Both the position numbers and the translations under genes were made by a program. This document shows, in pieces, positions 40,507-50,455 of a DNA stretch of 64,000 nt. Source of the DNA: Vicinamibacteria bacterium. Its GTDB lineage: Bacteria; Acidobacteriota; Vicinamibacteria; Marinacidobacterales; Marinacidobacteraceae. The DNA lies in the NCBI GenBank assembly GCA_964291235.2, contig OZ219815.1, positions 1,184,001 to 1,248,000 of the forward strand, given 5' to 3'. How positions within the stretch are numbered: position 1 is the first letter of the stretch; every line of letters starts with the position of its first letter. Under the pieces are notes generated by a model. The model saw nothing but the letters and a program-made list of their open reading frames with translations. It was not told the DNA's origin and ran no database searches.

Positions 40507-41808
40507 TCAGGGGGTGGGAAAGAGCGCGTCGCTGGTGAACCAGATGCGGAGCCGGTGGCCGGCCCGGATCGTCACTTCGGGGAGGCGGTTCAGGAAGCGG
40601 CGCATGATCTGCTGGCCGCCGGCGGCGGTTCCCTGGCTGACGCCGGACTGGAAGCCGGGGAACCCGCCGCCGTAGGGGCTGCCGCCGATGGCGCTGAGGC
40701 CGCTCATGACGCCGACCGCTCCGGCGGCGAGGAACGTGGAGAAGTAGTGGCGGTCCACCTGGTCGCTGAGGGCGCCTGCGCCGATCTGGTTGAGGGCCTG
40801 GAAGCGGAGGGGGACGTGGCGGCCGTCCGGGAGGATGACGCGGTGGAAGCCGACTGCGAGGCTGTCCTGGTCCTGGCCGCGGACGGGTTGCGCGGTGCCT
40901 AGGAAGCGGCTCCCGCGGGGGATGAGGACGCGCTGCCGGTCGACCGAGTAGAAGGGGACGGCGACGAGCGCCAGCACCGGGGAGGGGAAGTCGCCGGAGA
41001 GCTGGTTCACGAGGACGGCTTCCACGAGCGAGCCTTCGTGGATCCGTTCCCAGCCGGGTGGGTCCGGAGGGAGCGTGAAGCGCGGCGGGTCGTCGTAGTC
41101 GGGGAGTTGGCGGGAGTCGGGGAGCGCCACGTCGAGTGCGCCGGGCGCCGGGGCGTAGCCGTCGCCGGCGGTCCCGCCCTGGTTGATGGCGTCCAGCAGC
41201 GCGTCCGCCGAGCGGGCGGTGCTGGCTACGAGCGGGTGGAGCGAGGGGTCCGCGAGGCCTTGGCCGTCCCTGACGGAGGGCTGGAGCAGGTGGGGCGCCG
41301 GCTGTAGTGGCCGGCCACCGGCCGGGTCGTCGCGGGAGGTGTGCGCCACGGGTTCTGCCCGGAGGGAGCGGACGCGGCGTGCGATTTCCTCAAGCCGGAG
41401 GTCTTCGCGCAGCTCGGCCTCGGCCGCCGAGAGTGCTTCGCCGGTGTCGGGATCGATGACGGGGTCCCGCGGCGGGGCGTCGGGATCGGCGACGGGTCCC
41501 CGGATCGCGTCGCGGATGCGCTGCCGGGTCTGTTCCCGTTCGCTGGCGCGGCGCTGGGAGGTGTCGAGGCGCTGCTGTTGCTCGATCTCGGTCTGAAGCC
41601 GCCGGGTCATGCCGCCATCGCTGACCGGTTGCTGCGCAGGGTCTGCCCCGGAATCGCTGGCGGCGTCCTCGGGGTCGTCGCCGGTGAGCACGGTGCTGAG
41701 GACCAGGGCCATGACCAGGACGCCGAGCAGGACGACGGCGGCCTTGGTGGTCAGGTTCGCGGGCAGGGCGCCCGCGGGCCGCGTGGCGATGGACTTCCAG
41801 TCAGGCAT
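40507..41808 (-). CDS. virB10: VirB10/TrbI
   Basis: TM anchor, EGS.VEAVL, LIP.GSR.LG, G.GAL.DQVD.HY and P.VTIRAG. Confidence 0.9.
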   Translation of the reverse strand: MPDWKSIATRPAGALPANLTTKAAVVLLGVLVMALVLSTVLTGDDPEDAASDSGADPAQQPVSDGGMTRRLQTEIEQQQRLDTSQRRASEREQTRQRIRDAIRGPVADPDAPPRDPVIDPDTGEALSAAEAELREDLRLEEIARRVRSLRAEPVAHTSRDDPAGGRPLQPAPHLLQPSVRDGQGLADPSLHPLVASTARSADALLDAINQGGTAGDGYAPAPGALDVALPDSRQLPDYDDPPRFTLPPDPPGWERIHEGSLVEAVLVNQLSGDFPSPVLALVAVPFYSVDRQRVLIPRGSRFLGTAQPVRGQDQDSLAVGFHRVILPDGRHVPLRFQALNQIGAGALSDQVDRHYFSTFLAAGAVGVMSGLSAIGGSPYGGGFPGFQSGVSQGTAAGGQQIMRRFLNRLPEVTIRAGHRLRIWFTSDALFPTP

Positions 41809-41862
41809 GGGGACCGCCTCTCTCGCGCGGCGTGTGTGGGTGCGGCCGGGAGCGGCGGACGG

Positions 41863-42747
41863 TCACGGCAGGGGGTCCGGGGGCGTGAAGCGCCAGCGGG
41901 CGCGCTCCTTGCCGAGTTGCAGCCAGCCTTCGCCGACGATGCGGCGCACGATGTAGAGGCCGCTTTCGGTGAGGTCGTAGGGGACGAGCGAGGGTTCGCC
42001 GTCCTTGCGCTCGTAGAGCGCGGGGGATTCCTGGGCGCGGCTGCGGAGGTAGGTGAACTGGCCGTCGTGCCACATGGCCTCGACGAGGAACGGCCACTCG
42101 CGGGCCTTCTTGTCGAGGGTGTAGGGGAACTCGATCCGGAGCGGGTAGCGGGCGCGGAAGTCGTCGATCTCCTCCGCGGCCGCTTCGCGGGCGGCGGTGA
42201 CCTGCTGTTCGGCGGCGGTCCGCGTCGCCTGGGCCTCGGCGCGGGCCTCGGTGGCCATCGTCTGGTAGGACTGGATGCGGGACCGCGCGACGAAGGCGGG
42301 CCGGTGCGCGCCGCGGCGGGGCGGTCCGGCAAGGTCGCCGGTCCCGTCGCCGGCGCCGGGATCGTGGAAACGCACGACGAGGTGCGGGTCGAGGTCCGTG
42401 GACTCGGCGACGAGGAAGCTGTAGATCCGCCCGGACTCGCAGACGAGGGCGATGTTGGTCTCCACGTCCGCCGAGACCGGCTTCAGGAAGGCGACGTTGG
42501 CGCTGCCCGTGAGGTGCCAGTACTCGGCATCGCCGACGACGTAGTCGAGGATGGTTTCGCGGGCCGGCAGCGTGATGACGGTGGTGTGCCGGACGCGCGC
42601 CTGGAGCCGCCAGACGGTGTCCTCCGGGGTGTCGTCCAGCCGGAGGATGTGGGAGTCCTGGGCGACGGCGGGCGCCAGGGGACACGCGAGGGCAAGGACG
42701 AGCGCGGCGGCGGGGCGCCGCGGAGGGATCGGGAAAGGAATGACCAT
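41863..42747 (-). CDS. virB9: VirB9/TrbG
   Basis: Signal peptide, TT.I.LP..E......GD...W, TN and WHDG.FTY.....P.LY. Confidence 0.85.
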   Translation of the reverse strand: MVIPFPIPPRRPAAALVLALACPLAPAVAQDSHILRLDDTPEDTVWRLQARVRHTTVITLPARETILDYVVGDAEYWHLTGSANVAFLKPVSADVETNIALVCESGRIYSFLVAESTDLDPHLVVRFHDPGAGDGTGDLAGPPRRGAHRPAFVARSRIQSYQTMATEARAEAQATRTAAEQQVTAAREAAAEEIDDFRARYPLRIEFPYTLDKKAREWPFLVEAMWHDGQFTYLRSRAQESPALYERKDGEPSLVPYDLTESGLYIVRRIVGEGWLQLGKERARWRFTPPDPLP

Positions 42748-42751
42748 GGGG

Positions 42752-45175
42752 CTAACTCCGTTGTTCGGCGAGGTGGGCGAGGCCGCGGCGGAGGCCGTGG
42801 GCCTCGATGGCCCGGGCGCGGCGCGCGGCGTCCACCGGGGAGGACGTGTAGAGCCAGTAGCTCTCGGGATCGACGTTGAGCCGGACCACGCCCGCCGACT
42901 GGGCGCGGCGCAGATACAGCTCCTGCTTCGGGACGAGCTGGCGGATCGTCGCCATCTCCGTCGGGTTCAGCTGGAAGATGTCGGCGACGGCCGCCGGGAG
43001 GTCCGGGTTGGCGAGGAAGAGCTTGGTCGGGATGGACTCGAGCAGGCCCTGGGCGGCCGTGGAGGCCGTCACGTCCACCGCGGACTGCGTGGCGAGGACG
43101 AGCGCGGCGTTGCGCTTCCGCCAGGTCTTCGCCGCCTCCGCCAGGTAGGCGAGGACCGACGGGTCGTTCAGGTAGCGCCAGGCTTCGTCGACCACCATGA
43201 GCTTCACGCGAGCCGCTTCGGCCGGGTTGTCGAGCGCGAGGCGCATCCGCTCCAGGAGGTAGAAGAGGGCCGCTTCGCAGAGGTCCTCGTGTTCCGCGGC
43301 GCCGGCGAGGTCGATCACCTGCCAGTCGGCGAGCTGAAGTTCCTCGGCGGCGGGGTTGTCGAAGTAGGCGGCCCACGCCCCGTCGCCGTACCAGCGGCTC
43401 ATCGCCGGCCACATCCGTTTCGGAAGCGACTTGACGAAGGCGGAGAGCGAGCGGGCGTCCGGCTCGAAGGCATAGAGGTCCTCGATCCGGGCGCGGATCT
43501 CGGAGGGGTCGGCGCCGGAGGGCTCGTAGCCGCCGATCCGCAGCAGCCGGGTGATCCAGCCGGTGAGGAACTGGTACGTCCGCTCGCCGGGCGGCAGGGT
43601 GAACGGCTTGAGAGCCAGCGCGCCGTCGGCGCGGTCGGGGGCGAGCTGGAGGTAGCCGCCGCCGAGGAACTGGGTGAGCCAGCGGTAGGAGCCGCCGAGG
43701 TCCAGCACCAGGACGCGCGGGGCGTACTGGAGGCTCTGGACCAGCAGATAGTTGAGCAGGAAGCTCTTGCCCGCGCCGGTGGCTCCCAGGATCAGCGTGT
43801 GGCCCACGTCGCCGGCGAAGAGGTCGTAGAAGAAGGGGGTGCGCCACCGCGTCTCGAAGGTGGCGAGGACGGGCTTCGAGAGGTGGCGGCTGATGGGCTC
43901 GCCCTTCGGTGGGCCGAAGAGGGGCGCGAGGCAGGCGGCGACGCCCGCGCTCGCGAACACGCTGCGGATCTGGCGCCGGCGCGGCATGGCCGGCATCCGG
44001 GCGAACCAGGTGGGGAGCTGGCCGTAGCCTTCGCGGATGACCTTGGCGTCGCAGCCGGCGAAGATCCGGCGGAGTTCCGCGTCCAGGCGCTCGGTCTCGC
44101 TCAGTTCGCCGTGGAGGGCGACGGTGAGCGACAGGTCGCCGTAGGCGATGCCGTCCGCCTCCAGTTCCACGAGCGCGGAGCCGAGCCGCGAGGACTCGGC
44201 CTCGGCCGCCGTGTCCACCATCGCGTTCGCGGAGCCTTCGGCCTCCTGGACGTGCGCCATCATCGAGTAGCGCTTCTGGAAGTAGTGGCGCTGCGCGCTG
44301 CGGATCCGGCGCCGCGCCGCTTCGAGCGACTGCGGCCGCCATTCGAGCGTGATGGTGAGCCGGGCTTCGAGCCGGTTGAGTTCTTCGAGGAGGTTGGCCC
44401 GGGCGGTGACGGGGGGCGCGTTGAGCGAGTAGAGGATCACCGGCTCGCCGTCGAGCCGGAGGTGGCTGCGTTCGGCTTCGAGTTCCGACAGCGCGAGCCG
44501 CCAGTTGAGGCCGCTGGCGGCGCCGTCCCCGTGCCAGGGGAGTCCGGGCCGGTTCACCAGCTCGGAGAGGAAGGCGGTTGCCTCGGTCGCGGACAAGACG
44601 GTGAGCGGGGTCACGTCGTCGGCGAGCGCGGCGCTCGCGTCTACGAGTTGCCGGAAGCGGATGGCCGCCTGCCGGAGTTCGGCGGCGAGGTAGGCGCTCT
44701 CGTGGGGGTTGCGGCGCGCGCGGAGCCAGTTGCGGGCGTAGTCCACGAGCCACGGACCGCCGCTCGGGCCGTGGGCCGCCGCCTGCTCGAGGCCGGGGTT
44801 CGTGGACCAGACGACGTACGTCTGGAGATCCTGGATGCGCGGCAGGAGGAAGGCGCGGCGGTTCTCCTGGGAGAGCTGCGCGACGCCTTCGAGGCCCTCG
44901 GGCGCGAGCAGCGAAGCGGGCCGGCGGAGCAGGTAGAAGTAGAGCCGCGTGCGGGGGTCGAGCCCGGAGAGGACCCGCTGCCAGCGGCCGAGGATCTGGT
45001 CGAGCTGGTCCGGGGTCCGGCCGTCGATCACGGCCGGCGCCATCCGGGCGACGCAGAAAAGCTCGCCGGCGCGGGTGAGGCAGAAGGGCTGCTGCCGGAG
45101 CCAGCCCCAGTACGGCAGCTCGTCGGCGAGCGCGCCGGCCGCCTGGAAGTCCTGCTGCTCGACCCTGATGTTCAT
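42752..45175 (-). CDS. virB4: VirB4 ATPase
   Basis: DVGHTLILGATGAGKS, LDLGGSY, VDEAW, KTWRK.N and ATQS. Confidence 0.92.
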   Translation of the reverse strand: MNIRVEQQDFQAAGALADELPYWGWLRQQPFCLTRAGELFCVARMAPAVIDGRTPDQLDQILGRWQRVLSGLDPRTRLYFYLLRRPASLLAPEGLEGVAQLSQENRRAFLLPRIQDLQTYVVWSTNPGLEQAAAHGPSGGPWLVDYARNWLRARRNPHESAYLAAELRQAAIRFRQLVDASAALADDVTPLTVLSATEATAFLSELVNRPGLPWHGDGAASGLNWRLALSELEAERSHLRLDGEPVILYSLNAPPVTARANLLEELNRLEARLTITLEWRPQSLEAARRRIRSAQRHYFQKRYSMMAHVQEAEGSANAMVDTAAEAESSRLGSALVELEADGIAYGDLSLTVALHGELSETERLDAELRRIFAGCDAKVIREGYGQLPTWFARMPAMPRRRQIRSVFASAGVAACLAPLFGPPKGEPISRHLSKPVLATFETRWRTPFFYDLFAGDVGHTLILGATGAGKSFLLNYLLVQSLQYAPRVLVLDLGGSYRWLTQFLGGGYLQLAPDRADGALALKPFTLPPGERTYQFLTGWITRLLRIGGYEPSGADPSEIRARIEDLYAFEPDARSLSAFVKSLPKRMWPAMSRWYGDGAWAAYFDNPAAEELQLADWQVIDLAGAAEHEDLCEAALFYLLERMRLALDNPAEAARVKLMVVDEAWRYLNDPSVLAYLAEAAKTWRKRNAALVLATQSAVDVTASTAAQGLLESIPTKLFLANPDLPAAVADIFQLNPTEMATIRQLVPKQELYLRRAQSAGVVRLNVDPESYWLYTSSPVDAARRARAIEAHGLRRGLAHLAEQRS

Positions 45176-45462
45176 TCGAGGATGTCGACGTGCCAGCCGC
45201 TCGGCTTGCCGGGGTCGTAGCGGACCCTGCCGGCGGCGCTTGCGGCGACGATGGAGAGCATCTGCGGGTCCTTCCGCCAGGCCCACCAGCCCGACGCGTA
45301 GAGCGTCGAGAAGATGAGCGCGCCGGTGACGAGCGAGTTCAGGGCGTTCCACATCGCCAGCCCGAGGCTGAGCGACAGCAGGAACCACCGGCGCTCGACC
45401 CCGAGGATGGTGAGCGGCCGGCTGAGCGCGGGGTGGCCGTGCCACGGTCTGGATCCGGTCAA
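45172..45462 (-). CDS. virB3: VirB3
   Basis: ALSRPLTILGVER, two TM helices and KDP; overlaps the virB4 start. Confidence 0.85.
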   Translation of the reverse strand: MTGSRPWHGHPALSRPLTILGVERRWFLLSLSLGLAMWNALNSLVTGALIFSTLYASGWWAWRKDPQMLSIVAASAAGRVRYDPGKPSGWHVDILE

Positions 45463-45471
45463 GGCGCGCCC

Positions 45472-45762
45472 TCAGAAGAGCCAGGTCAGGAAGTTGGCGG
45501 CGCCCATCGCCATCCCGAGCCCGAAGATGATCCCGGCGAGCGCCTTCTTGGAGCCGCCTTCCCCGAAGGCGAACATGAGGCCGCCGATCACGATGGCGAT
45601 GAGCGACAGGCCGCGGGCGATGGGGCCGGTGAAGGCGTTCTGGAGGACCTGGATGGCGTCGAGCCAGGGGCTGACGCCCTGGGCGAGCGCGGTGGCCGGC
45701 AGGAAGAGGGCGATGGCCGCCGCGGCCGATGCGATGGCGAGTCGGCGCGTGGTGGGGGTCAT
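45472..45762 (-). CDS. virB2: VirB2/TrbC pilin
   Basis: Signal peptide, SPW...L..AFTGPIA and AIVIGGL.FAFGE. Confidence 0.88.
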   Translation of the reverse strand: MTPTTRRLAIASAAAAIALFLPATALAQGVSPWLDAIQVLQNAFTGPIARGLSLIAIVIGGLMFAFGEGGSKKALAGIIFGLGMAMGAANFLTWLF

Positions 45763-45786
45763 GGGGATGCTCCTGTAGGGGGTTCG

Positions 45787-46104
45787 TTAGTCGGCGAAAT
45801 CACCGTGCTCCTGGTCGTGGAGGCGGCGGGCGAGTTCGGGATCGCCGTCGCCGCGGCGGACGGACCGCTCCACGAGGTCCACCTTCCGGCCCACGTCGTA
45901 GAGGCCGAGACTCCGGAGGACTCCGGCCAGGGCGACGACGATGGCGAGGACCGCGGAGCCGGCGTAGAGGGCGACGGGCCACCAGTGCTCGGTGAGGATC
46001 AGCCGGCGGTGCGGCCCGAGGTAGTCGAAGCGGGCGGCGGCCACGAAGACGAGGGAGGCCGTGACGGCGACGGTGAGGCCGAGGCTCACTTTCCAGGGGT
46101 GCAT
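45787..46104 (-). CDS. Small two-TM membrane protein
   Basis: Two hydrophobic helices and a charged tail; immediately upstream of the pilin. Start uncertain. Confidence 0.5.
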   Translation of the reverse strand: MHPWKVSLGLTVAVTASLVFVAAARFDYLGPHRRLILTEHWWPVALYAGSAVLAIVVALAGVLRSLGLYDVGRKVDLVERSVRRGDGDPELARRLHDQEHGDFAD

Positions 46105-46216
46105 GAGGTCCGGGTGGTGGCGCCCCGGCGGAGGGTGGAGAGGCGCCAGACGCACGAGCAGGCCGCGAACCAGGCGAGCGGTCCGGGCGAGGGGGGACAG
46201 AGGCCGTCGAACATCG

Positions 46217-47143
46217 TCAGATTTCGAAGAGGTCGGACGGCGGCCGGTTCGATCCGCCCCGGGCGTTGGTATCGGGACCGGTGGCGGCCTTCCCGGCGCG
46301 GATGGCGTACTGGACGATGTTCCGGGCCGCCCTGCCGTTCGAGCCGAAGAGGGCGAAGCCGGCCGCGGCCTTCGCGGCGACGGCTCCCCGGCTGTAGTGC
46401 TCGGATACGACTTCGATGTTGACGCGCCCGAAGGTGTCGCGGCCTGCCTCGTCGGTGAAGGTGTATTCCACCTGGGCGTCGGGGAAGGCGACCTTGCCGT
46501 CCGGGCCGATGGGGAGCTGGTATTCACCGGCGGCGCGCCGGCGTTCCGCGTCGGCGGCCGCTCTGCCGGCGCGTACCCGGGCGGCTTCGCTGCGCCGGGC
46601 GACGATCCCGCGGAGTTCGCCGTCGAGGCGGATGCGCCTTGCCGTGGCTCCCCGGGCCGTGAGTTCCTCGCGGGCCGTGCGGACGGCGCGGTAGATCGCC
46701 ACGTCGTGCGCGCCGTCCCGGGACCTGCCCCACCCGGAGTGGAAGACCTGGGTCGCGTCGAAGCCGTGACGTTCGGCGGCCATCTGTGCGCGGCGCGCGC
46801 CCTCCCCGGTCGCGGCGAGGGTCTTGAACGAGCCGCCATCGGGCGCGGTCGCCGTGCGCTCTTCGAGGAGGCCCTGCGCGATCAACTTGTCGATCGCCCG
46901 CCGGGCGGCGTAGGGATGGCCGTCGAACTGAGCGGCCACCATGTCCTTGTAGGCGACGGTCCCGTGGATGCTCACGTCCACGAGCGCCGCTTCGCTGCGG
47001 GTGCGGCCGGGGCGGGGATCGCCCTGCTTGCGGGCTTCCTGCCGATGGCCGGAGCGCCGCCGGGCGTCGGGCCGGACGGCGACCTCCGGCGTCTGGGGGC
47101 GGGGGTCGGGCCTGCGGGCGCTCATGGCGAAGCGGTCACTCAT
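46217..47143 (-). CDS. Putative replication-relaxation (MOBC-like) protein: wHTH plus PD-(D/E)XK domain
   Basis: wHTH (AIDKLIAQGLLE...TGEG), HD.AIY and FPDAQVEY...NIEVVSEHY....AK. Confidence 0.55.
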   Translation of the reverse strand: MSDRFAMSARRPDPRPQTPEVAVRPDARRRSGHRQEARKQGDPRPGRTRSEAALVDVSIHGTVAYKDMVAAQFDGHPYAARRAIDKLIAQGLLEERTATAPDGGSFKTLAATGEGARRAQMAAERHGFDATQVFHSGWGRSRDGAHDVAIYRAVRTAREELTARGATARRIRLDGELRGIVARRSEAARVRAGRAAADAERRRAAGEYQLPIGPDGKVAFPDAQVEYTFTDEAGRDTFGRVNIEVVSEHYSRGAVAAKAAAGFALFGSNGRAARNIVQYAIRAGKAATGPDTNARGGSNRPPSDLFEI

Positions 47144-47153
47144 TGCGAAGCGG

Positions 47154-48188
47154 TCACCGCCCCGGGGTCATGCTCGGCGCGGCGCGTTCCGGCGCCGGCC
47201 GCGGCGGCGCCGCCGGGGCGCGCTCGGGAGCGGCCTGGGCGTTGGGGTGCCGGGCCTCCCGCGCCAGGTCGCGGAGTTGGTCGCGCGCGGGCCGGAGCAG
47301 GGTCTTCGAGATGCGGTCGGCCTCGGCGGCCGCCCGGTGGATCTCGCGGGGGTCGGCCTTCAACGCCTTCACCCACAGGTCCTTGTAGGCTTCGGAGTCG
47401 GTGGGTTGATAACCGACCCCGACGCGCTGCGCGGTCGTCATGGTGGCGAGTTCGACGCGGAGGTGCTCGCGTCCGTGAGCCTCGCCGTCGAGTCCTTCCG
47501 AGTGCGCCTGCCTGAAGGTCTCCCGGTTCATCCGGTCCTCGTGGCCGGAGGCGTGCGCCATGTGTCGGAACGCGGTGTTGTAGTACGTGTCCGCGCTCGA
47601 GAAGCGGCCGCGCTCCGGGATGACGATGCGGTCCTCGTCCTTGACGTAGTAGCCGAGGTCGCCGGGGGACTCCTTCACGGGGACCGCGGAACCGGCGATC
47701 ACGATGTCCGCCGCGCGGTGCGCGTGCCATTCGGCCCGCTGCGGCGGGCGGTCCAGCTTGAGGCCGCGCGTCTGCTCCACGTTGTAGACCGTCGTCGTGC
47801 GCCAGACGGGCTTCTTGCCGGTGTCGTCGCGGTAGAGGATCCGTTCGCCGACCGCGCCGCGGACCAGCTTCCCGTCGTTCTCGCGGAGCTGCTTCTTGGA
47901 GATCCAGCGGTTGTCGGTGAAGCCGCGGTCCTGGGCCCGGGAGGCCAGGTAGAGGGAGTTGCCGCCGGTGTACCGCCGGCCCGTGATGGCGTTCCGGGGG
48001 AGGACGGGCTCTCCGGCCTTCGCGTCGCGTTGCCACGGCGCGGTGCCGGCCTCGATCTGCTTGATGACGGTCGCCACGAACTTCTCGTGGTACCGGGACG
48101 GGGCGGCGATGCCGGTGGCCACCTCGGCGCCGCGTCGGGGCGATGCGTCGGCGCCGCGTCGCGGCGCGTTGCTCTGGGCTTCTGCCAT
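47154..48188 (-). CDS. ardC: ArdC-like ssDNA-binding/zincin-like protein with altered metal motif
   Basis: IEAGTAPWQ, P.N..TG..Y.G.N.L.L, DNRW and VYNVEQ; the HExxH position reads RHMAH. Confidence 0.8.
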   Translation of the reverse strand: MAEAQSNAPRRGADASPRRGAEVATGIAAPSRYHEKFVATVIKQIEAGTAPWQRDAKAGEPVLPRNAITGRRYTGGNSLYLASRAQDRGFTDNRWISKKQLRENDGKLVRGAVGERILYRDDTGKKPVWRTTTVYNVEQTRGLKLDRPPQRAEWHAHRAADIVIAGSAVPVKESPGDLGYYVKDEDRIVIPERGRFSSADTYYNTAFRHMAHASGHEDRMNRETFRQAHSEGLDGEAHGREHLRVELATMTTAQRVGVGYQPTDSEAYKDLWVKALKADPREIHRAAAEADRISKTLLRPARDQLRDLAREARHPNAQAAPERAPAAPPRPAPERAAPSMTPGR

Positions 48189-48214
48189 GTCCGTTGCTCC
48201 TGGGGGATGGGCCG

Positions 48215-49297
48215 TCAGCGGCTCGGCGAGAGAGCCGCCGCCGCGTCGCGCGTCGGCGATGCCGGGGCCGGTGAAGGGGGCTGGCGCTCGGGCGTCGCCA
48301 TGGCGGCTACCGCCTGCGGTTCCCTGGCGATCGCGTCCAGGCGTTCGCGCGCGGGGCTGATGAGGTAGCGGGAGATGCGGTCGGCTTCGCCGGCGGCGCG
48401 GTGGATCTCGCGCGGATCGTTCTCAAGCGCCTTGACCCAGCTCTTGACGTAGGCGGCGCCGTTGCCGTGGCCGTCCTGCGGGGTGTGGCCGATCCCGATG
48501 CGTTCGCCGGTCATCATGGCGCTGATCTCGGCGCGGAGTTCCTCGCGGGCGTAGGCGGGGCTGCCGAAGCCGGCCTTGACGCCCTTTTGGAAGGTCTCGC
48601 GGTCCAGCCGGCTTTCGTGGCCGGAGGCGTGCGACAGCTCGTGGAGGGCCGTGGCGTAGTACTGCTCCGCGCTCGGAAACTGGGCGCGCTCCGGAAGCAC
48701 GATCTGGTCGGGCTTCGGGGCGTAGTAGGCGCGGTCGCCGGGGGAGTGCTTGATCGGAACGCCCGCTGCGTCGATCACGGCTTCCGCGGACTTGTGGGCC
48801 TGCCAGTCGGCCACCGGGGTTTCGCGTGCCGGGAGGTCGAGGCCGCGCGCCTGCTCCACGTTGAACACCGTGTAGGTGCGGACGAAGGCGCGGCCCTTGT
48901 CGTGGCGCTCGTAGACGGGCCGCCCGTCGCCATCGAGGACCTGGCGGCCTTGGCCGTCCTTCTTCGGCGAGATCTTCTTGGTGTCGAAGTAGAGGATCTT
49001 TTCGCCGTGTTCGCCCTTCTTGACGTGGCCGCCGGCCTGGGCGATCTGGCGGAAGGTGGCCCAGCGGTTGTCGCCGAACCCGCGCTCCTGGCCGGCGAGC
49101 GCGAGGTAGAGCGCATTGCCGCCCGTGTAGGGCTTGCCGCTGATGGCGTTTTCGGGCATGAAACGCTCGCCGGGCTTCCACGGCTTCTGCCACGGGGCGG
49201 TGCCGGCCTCGATCTGCCGGACGATCGAGTCGGCGAACTGGCGGTGGTACTCGCCTACGCGGTCCTTGCGGGGAGTGTCGGTATTGGGCGGGGCCAT
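48215..49297 (-). CDS. ardC: ArdC antirestriction protein (ssDNA-binding plus zincin-like domain)
   Basis: GTAPWQKPW, RWATFRQ, VFNVEQ, LHELSH..GH..RL.R and YAREELRAE. Confidence 0.9.
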   Translation of the reverse strand: MAPPNTDTPRKDRVGEYHRQFADSIVRQIEAGTAPWQKPWKPGERFMPENAISGKPYTGGNALYLALAGQERGFGDNRWATFRQIAQAGGHVKKGEHGEKILYFDTKKISPKKDGQGRQVLDGDGRPVYERHDKGRAFVRTYTVFNVEQARGLDLPARETPVADWQAHKSAEAVIDAAGVPIKHSPGDRAYYAPKPDQIVLPERAQFPSAEQYYATALHELSHASGHESRLDRETFQKGVKAGFGSPAYAREELRAEISAMMTGERIGIGHTPQDGHGNGAAYVKSWVKALENDPREIHRAAGEADRISRYLISPARERLDAIAREPQAVAAMATPERQPPSPAPASPTRDAAAALSPSR

Positions 49298-49311
49298 GGT
49301 GTGTCTCCGAA

Positions 49312-49518
49312 TCAGGCGGCGCCGTGGTCGCCGGACTCGGCGGCGAAGTCGTCGTCGGACTCCTGGCCGTCGCGGTGTTCGGGGAACCCGAAGGCCTCCG
49401 CGATCTCCACGGGGGCGACGATGGGAAGGTCGCGGTCCAGGGCGCGCGCAAACTCCGCTTCGGTATCGACGAAGAGGGCGCGTTCGCCGCTTTCGAGGGT
49501 GATTTCGGTGGTGGCCAT
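49312..49518 (-). CDS. Small acidic hypothetical protein
   Basis: 68-aa ORF with GGAGG RBS, in the co-oriented gene string. Confidence 0.5.
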   Translation of the reverse strand: MATTEITLESGERALFVDTEAEFARALDRDLPIVAPVEIAEAFGFPEHRDGQESDDDFAAESGDHGAA

Positions 49519-49532
49519 GGAAGGTCCTCCGG

Positions 49533-50408
49533 TCAGCGCGCCGGGACGGCGCGGGTCTGGGTGAGGCCGAGGGCCGCGCGTGCCTTCCGCACGGTGCGCT
49601 CGGCGTAGTCGCGGGGGTTGTGCTTGTCCTCGCGCGTCTTCTCGAGGTGCGCGACCAGGCGCTGGGCAGGGGTCCCTCGGCGGAGCTGGTCCTTGACGTA
49701 GGCCCAGTCCCGGTCGGACTGCGAGACTTCGCGCCGGGGGGCGTTCTTCTTCTCGTGGCGGACCGGCGCCGCCTTCTCGGGCGGCGGCAGGTGGGCGAAC
49801 TGCTCCGGCCGGACGGGGCCGCCGTCGTGCGGGGTCCAGACGACCGGGGCGTCGTCGCGTTCGGGCTTCTTGTTCCGGAAGCCGGGGAGCCGCATGACGC
49901 GCGCCACGTCGGCGACCGAGGAATCGCCGTCGTACTGCCCGGCGAGTCGCCGCATGGCGTCCTCGGCGGCGTCGGGGGTCCAGGCGCCCGGGTTCGTGTG
50001 CCAGATGATCTGATAGTTCTGGCGGGAAGAGCGGACGACCGCGGCCGGCGCCGGAAGGTGCCCGGCGCTCACGTCGGAGAGGACCTGCCGGAGGGAGTCC
50101 GGGCCGCTCTTGTCCAGGTCGAGCTGGAGACGGCGCACTTCGAGCACGTCGGCCTTCTCGCGGGATCGGGTGTCCGGACGGATCGGGTTCATGGACACGA
50201 AGATGTCGTGGCCGGTCGCATTGAGGTGTCGCAGGAACCGCTGGTAGCCGGGACGGGTGGCCGCGCGCGCCGTCACGACGCGCTGCTCCGTCTTCGGTTT
50301 CGGCTCGTGCCGGCCGACCGCGACGATGGCCATACGGTCGTCCGGCTGGTAGAGCGTGTTCAGGTAGTCCACCGCGGCATTCGCCGTCGAAGGGGCGTCT
50401 GCTGGCAT
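49533..50408 (-). CDS. RepB'-type (AEP superfamily) DNA primase
   Basis: LQLDLD, AVVRSS..NYQ, RVMRLPGF.N.K and a C-terminal helical S.SDRDW...DYAERTV.KA domain. Confidence 0.8.
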   Translation of the reverse strand: MPADAPSTANAAVDYLNTLYQPDDRMAIVAVGRHEPKPKTEQRVVTARAATRPGYQRFLRHLNATGHDIFVSMNPIRPDTRSREKADVLEVRRLQLDLDKSGPDSLRQVLSDVSAGHLPAPAAVVRSSRQNYQIIWHTNPGAWTPDAAEDAMRRLAGQYDGDSSVADVARVMRLPGFRNKKPERDDAPVVWTPHDGGPVRPEQFAHLPPPEKAAPVRHEKKNAPRREVSQSDRDWAYVKDQLRRGTPAQRLVAHLEKTREDKHNPRDYAERTVRKARAALGLTQTRAVPAR

Positions 50409-50455
50409 GACTCGCGTGCGCTGGCGAACCGGAACCGGAACGGAAGCCGGGCCGG

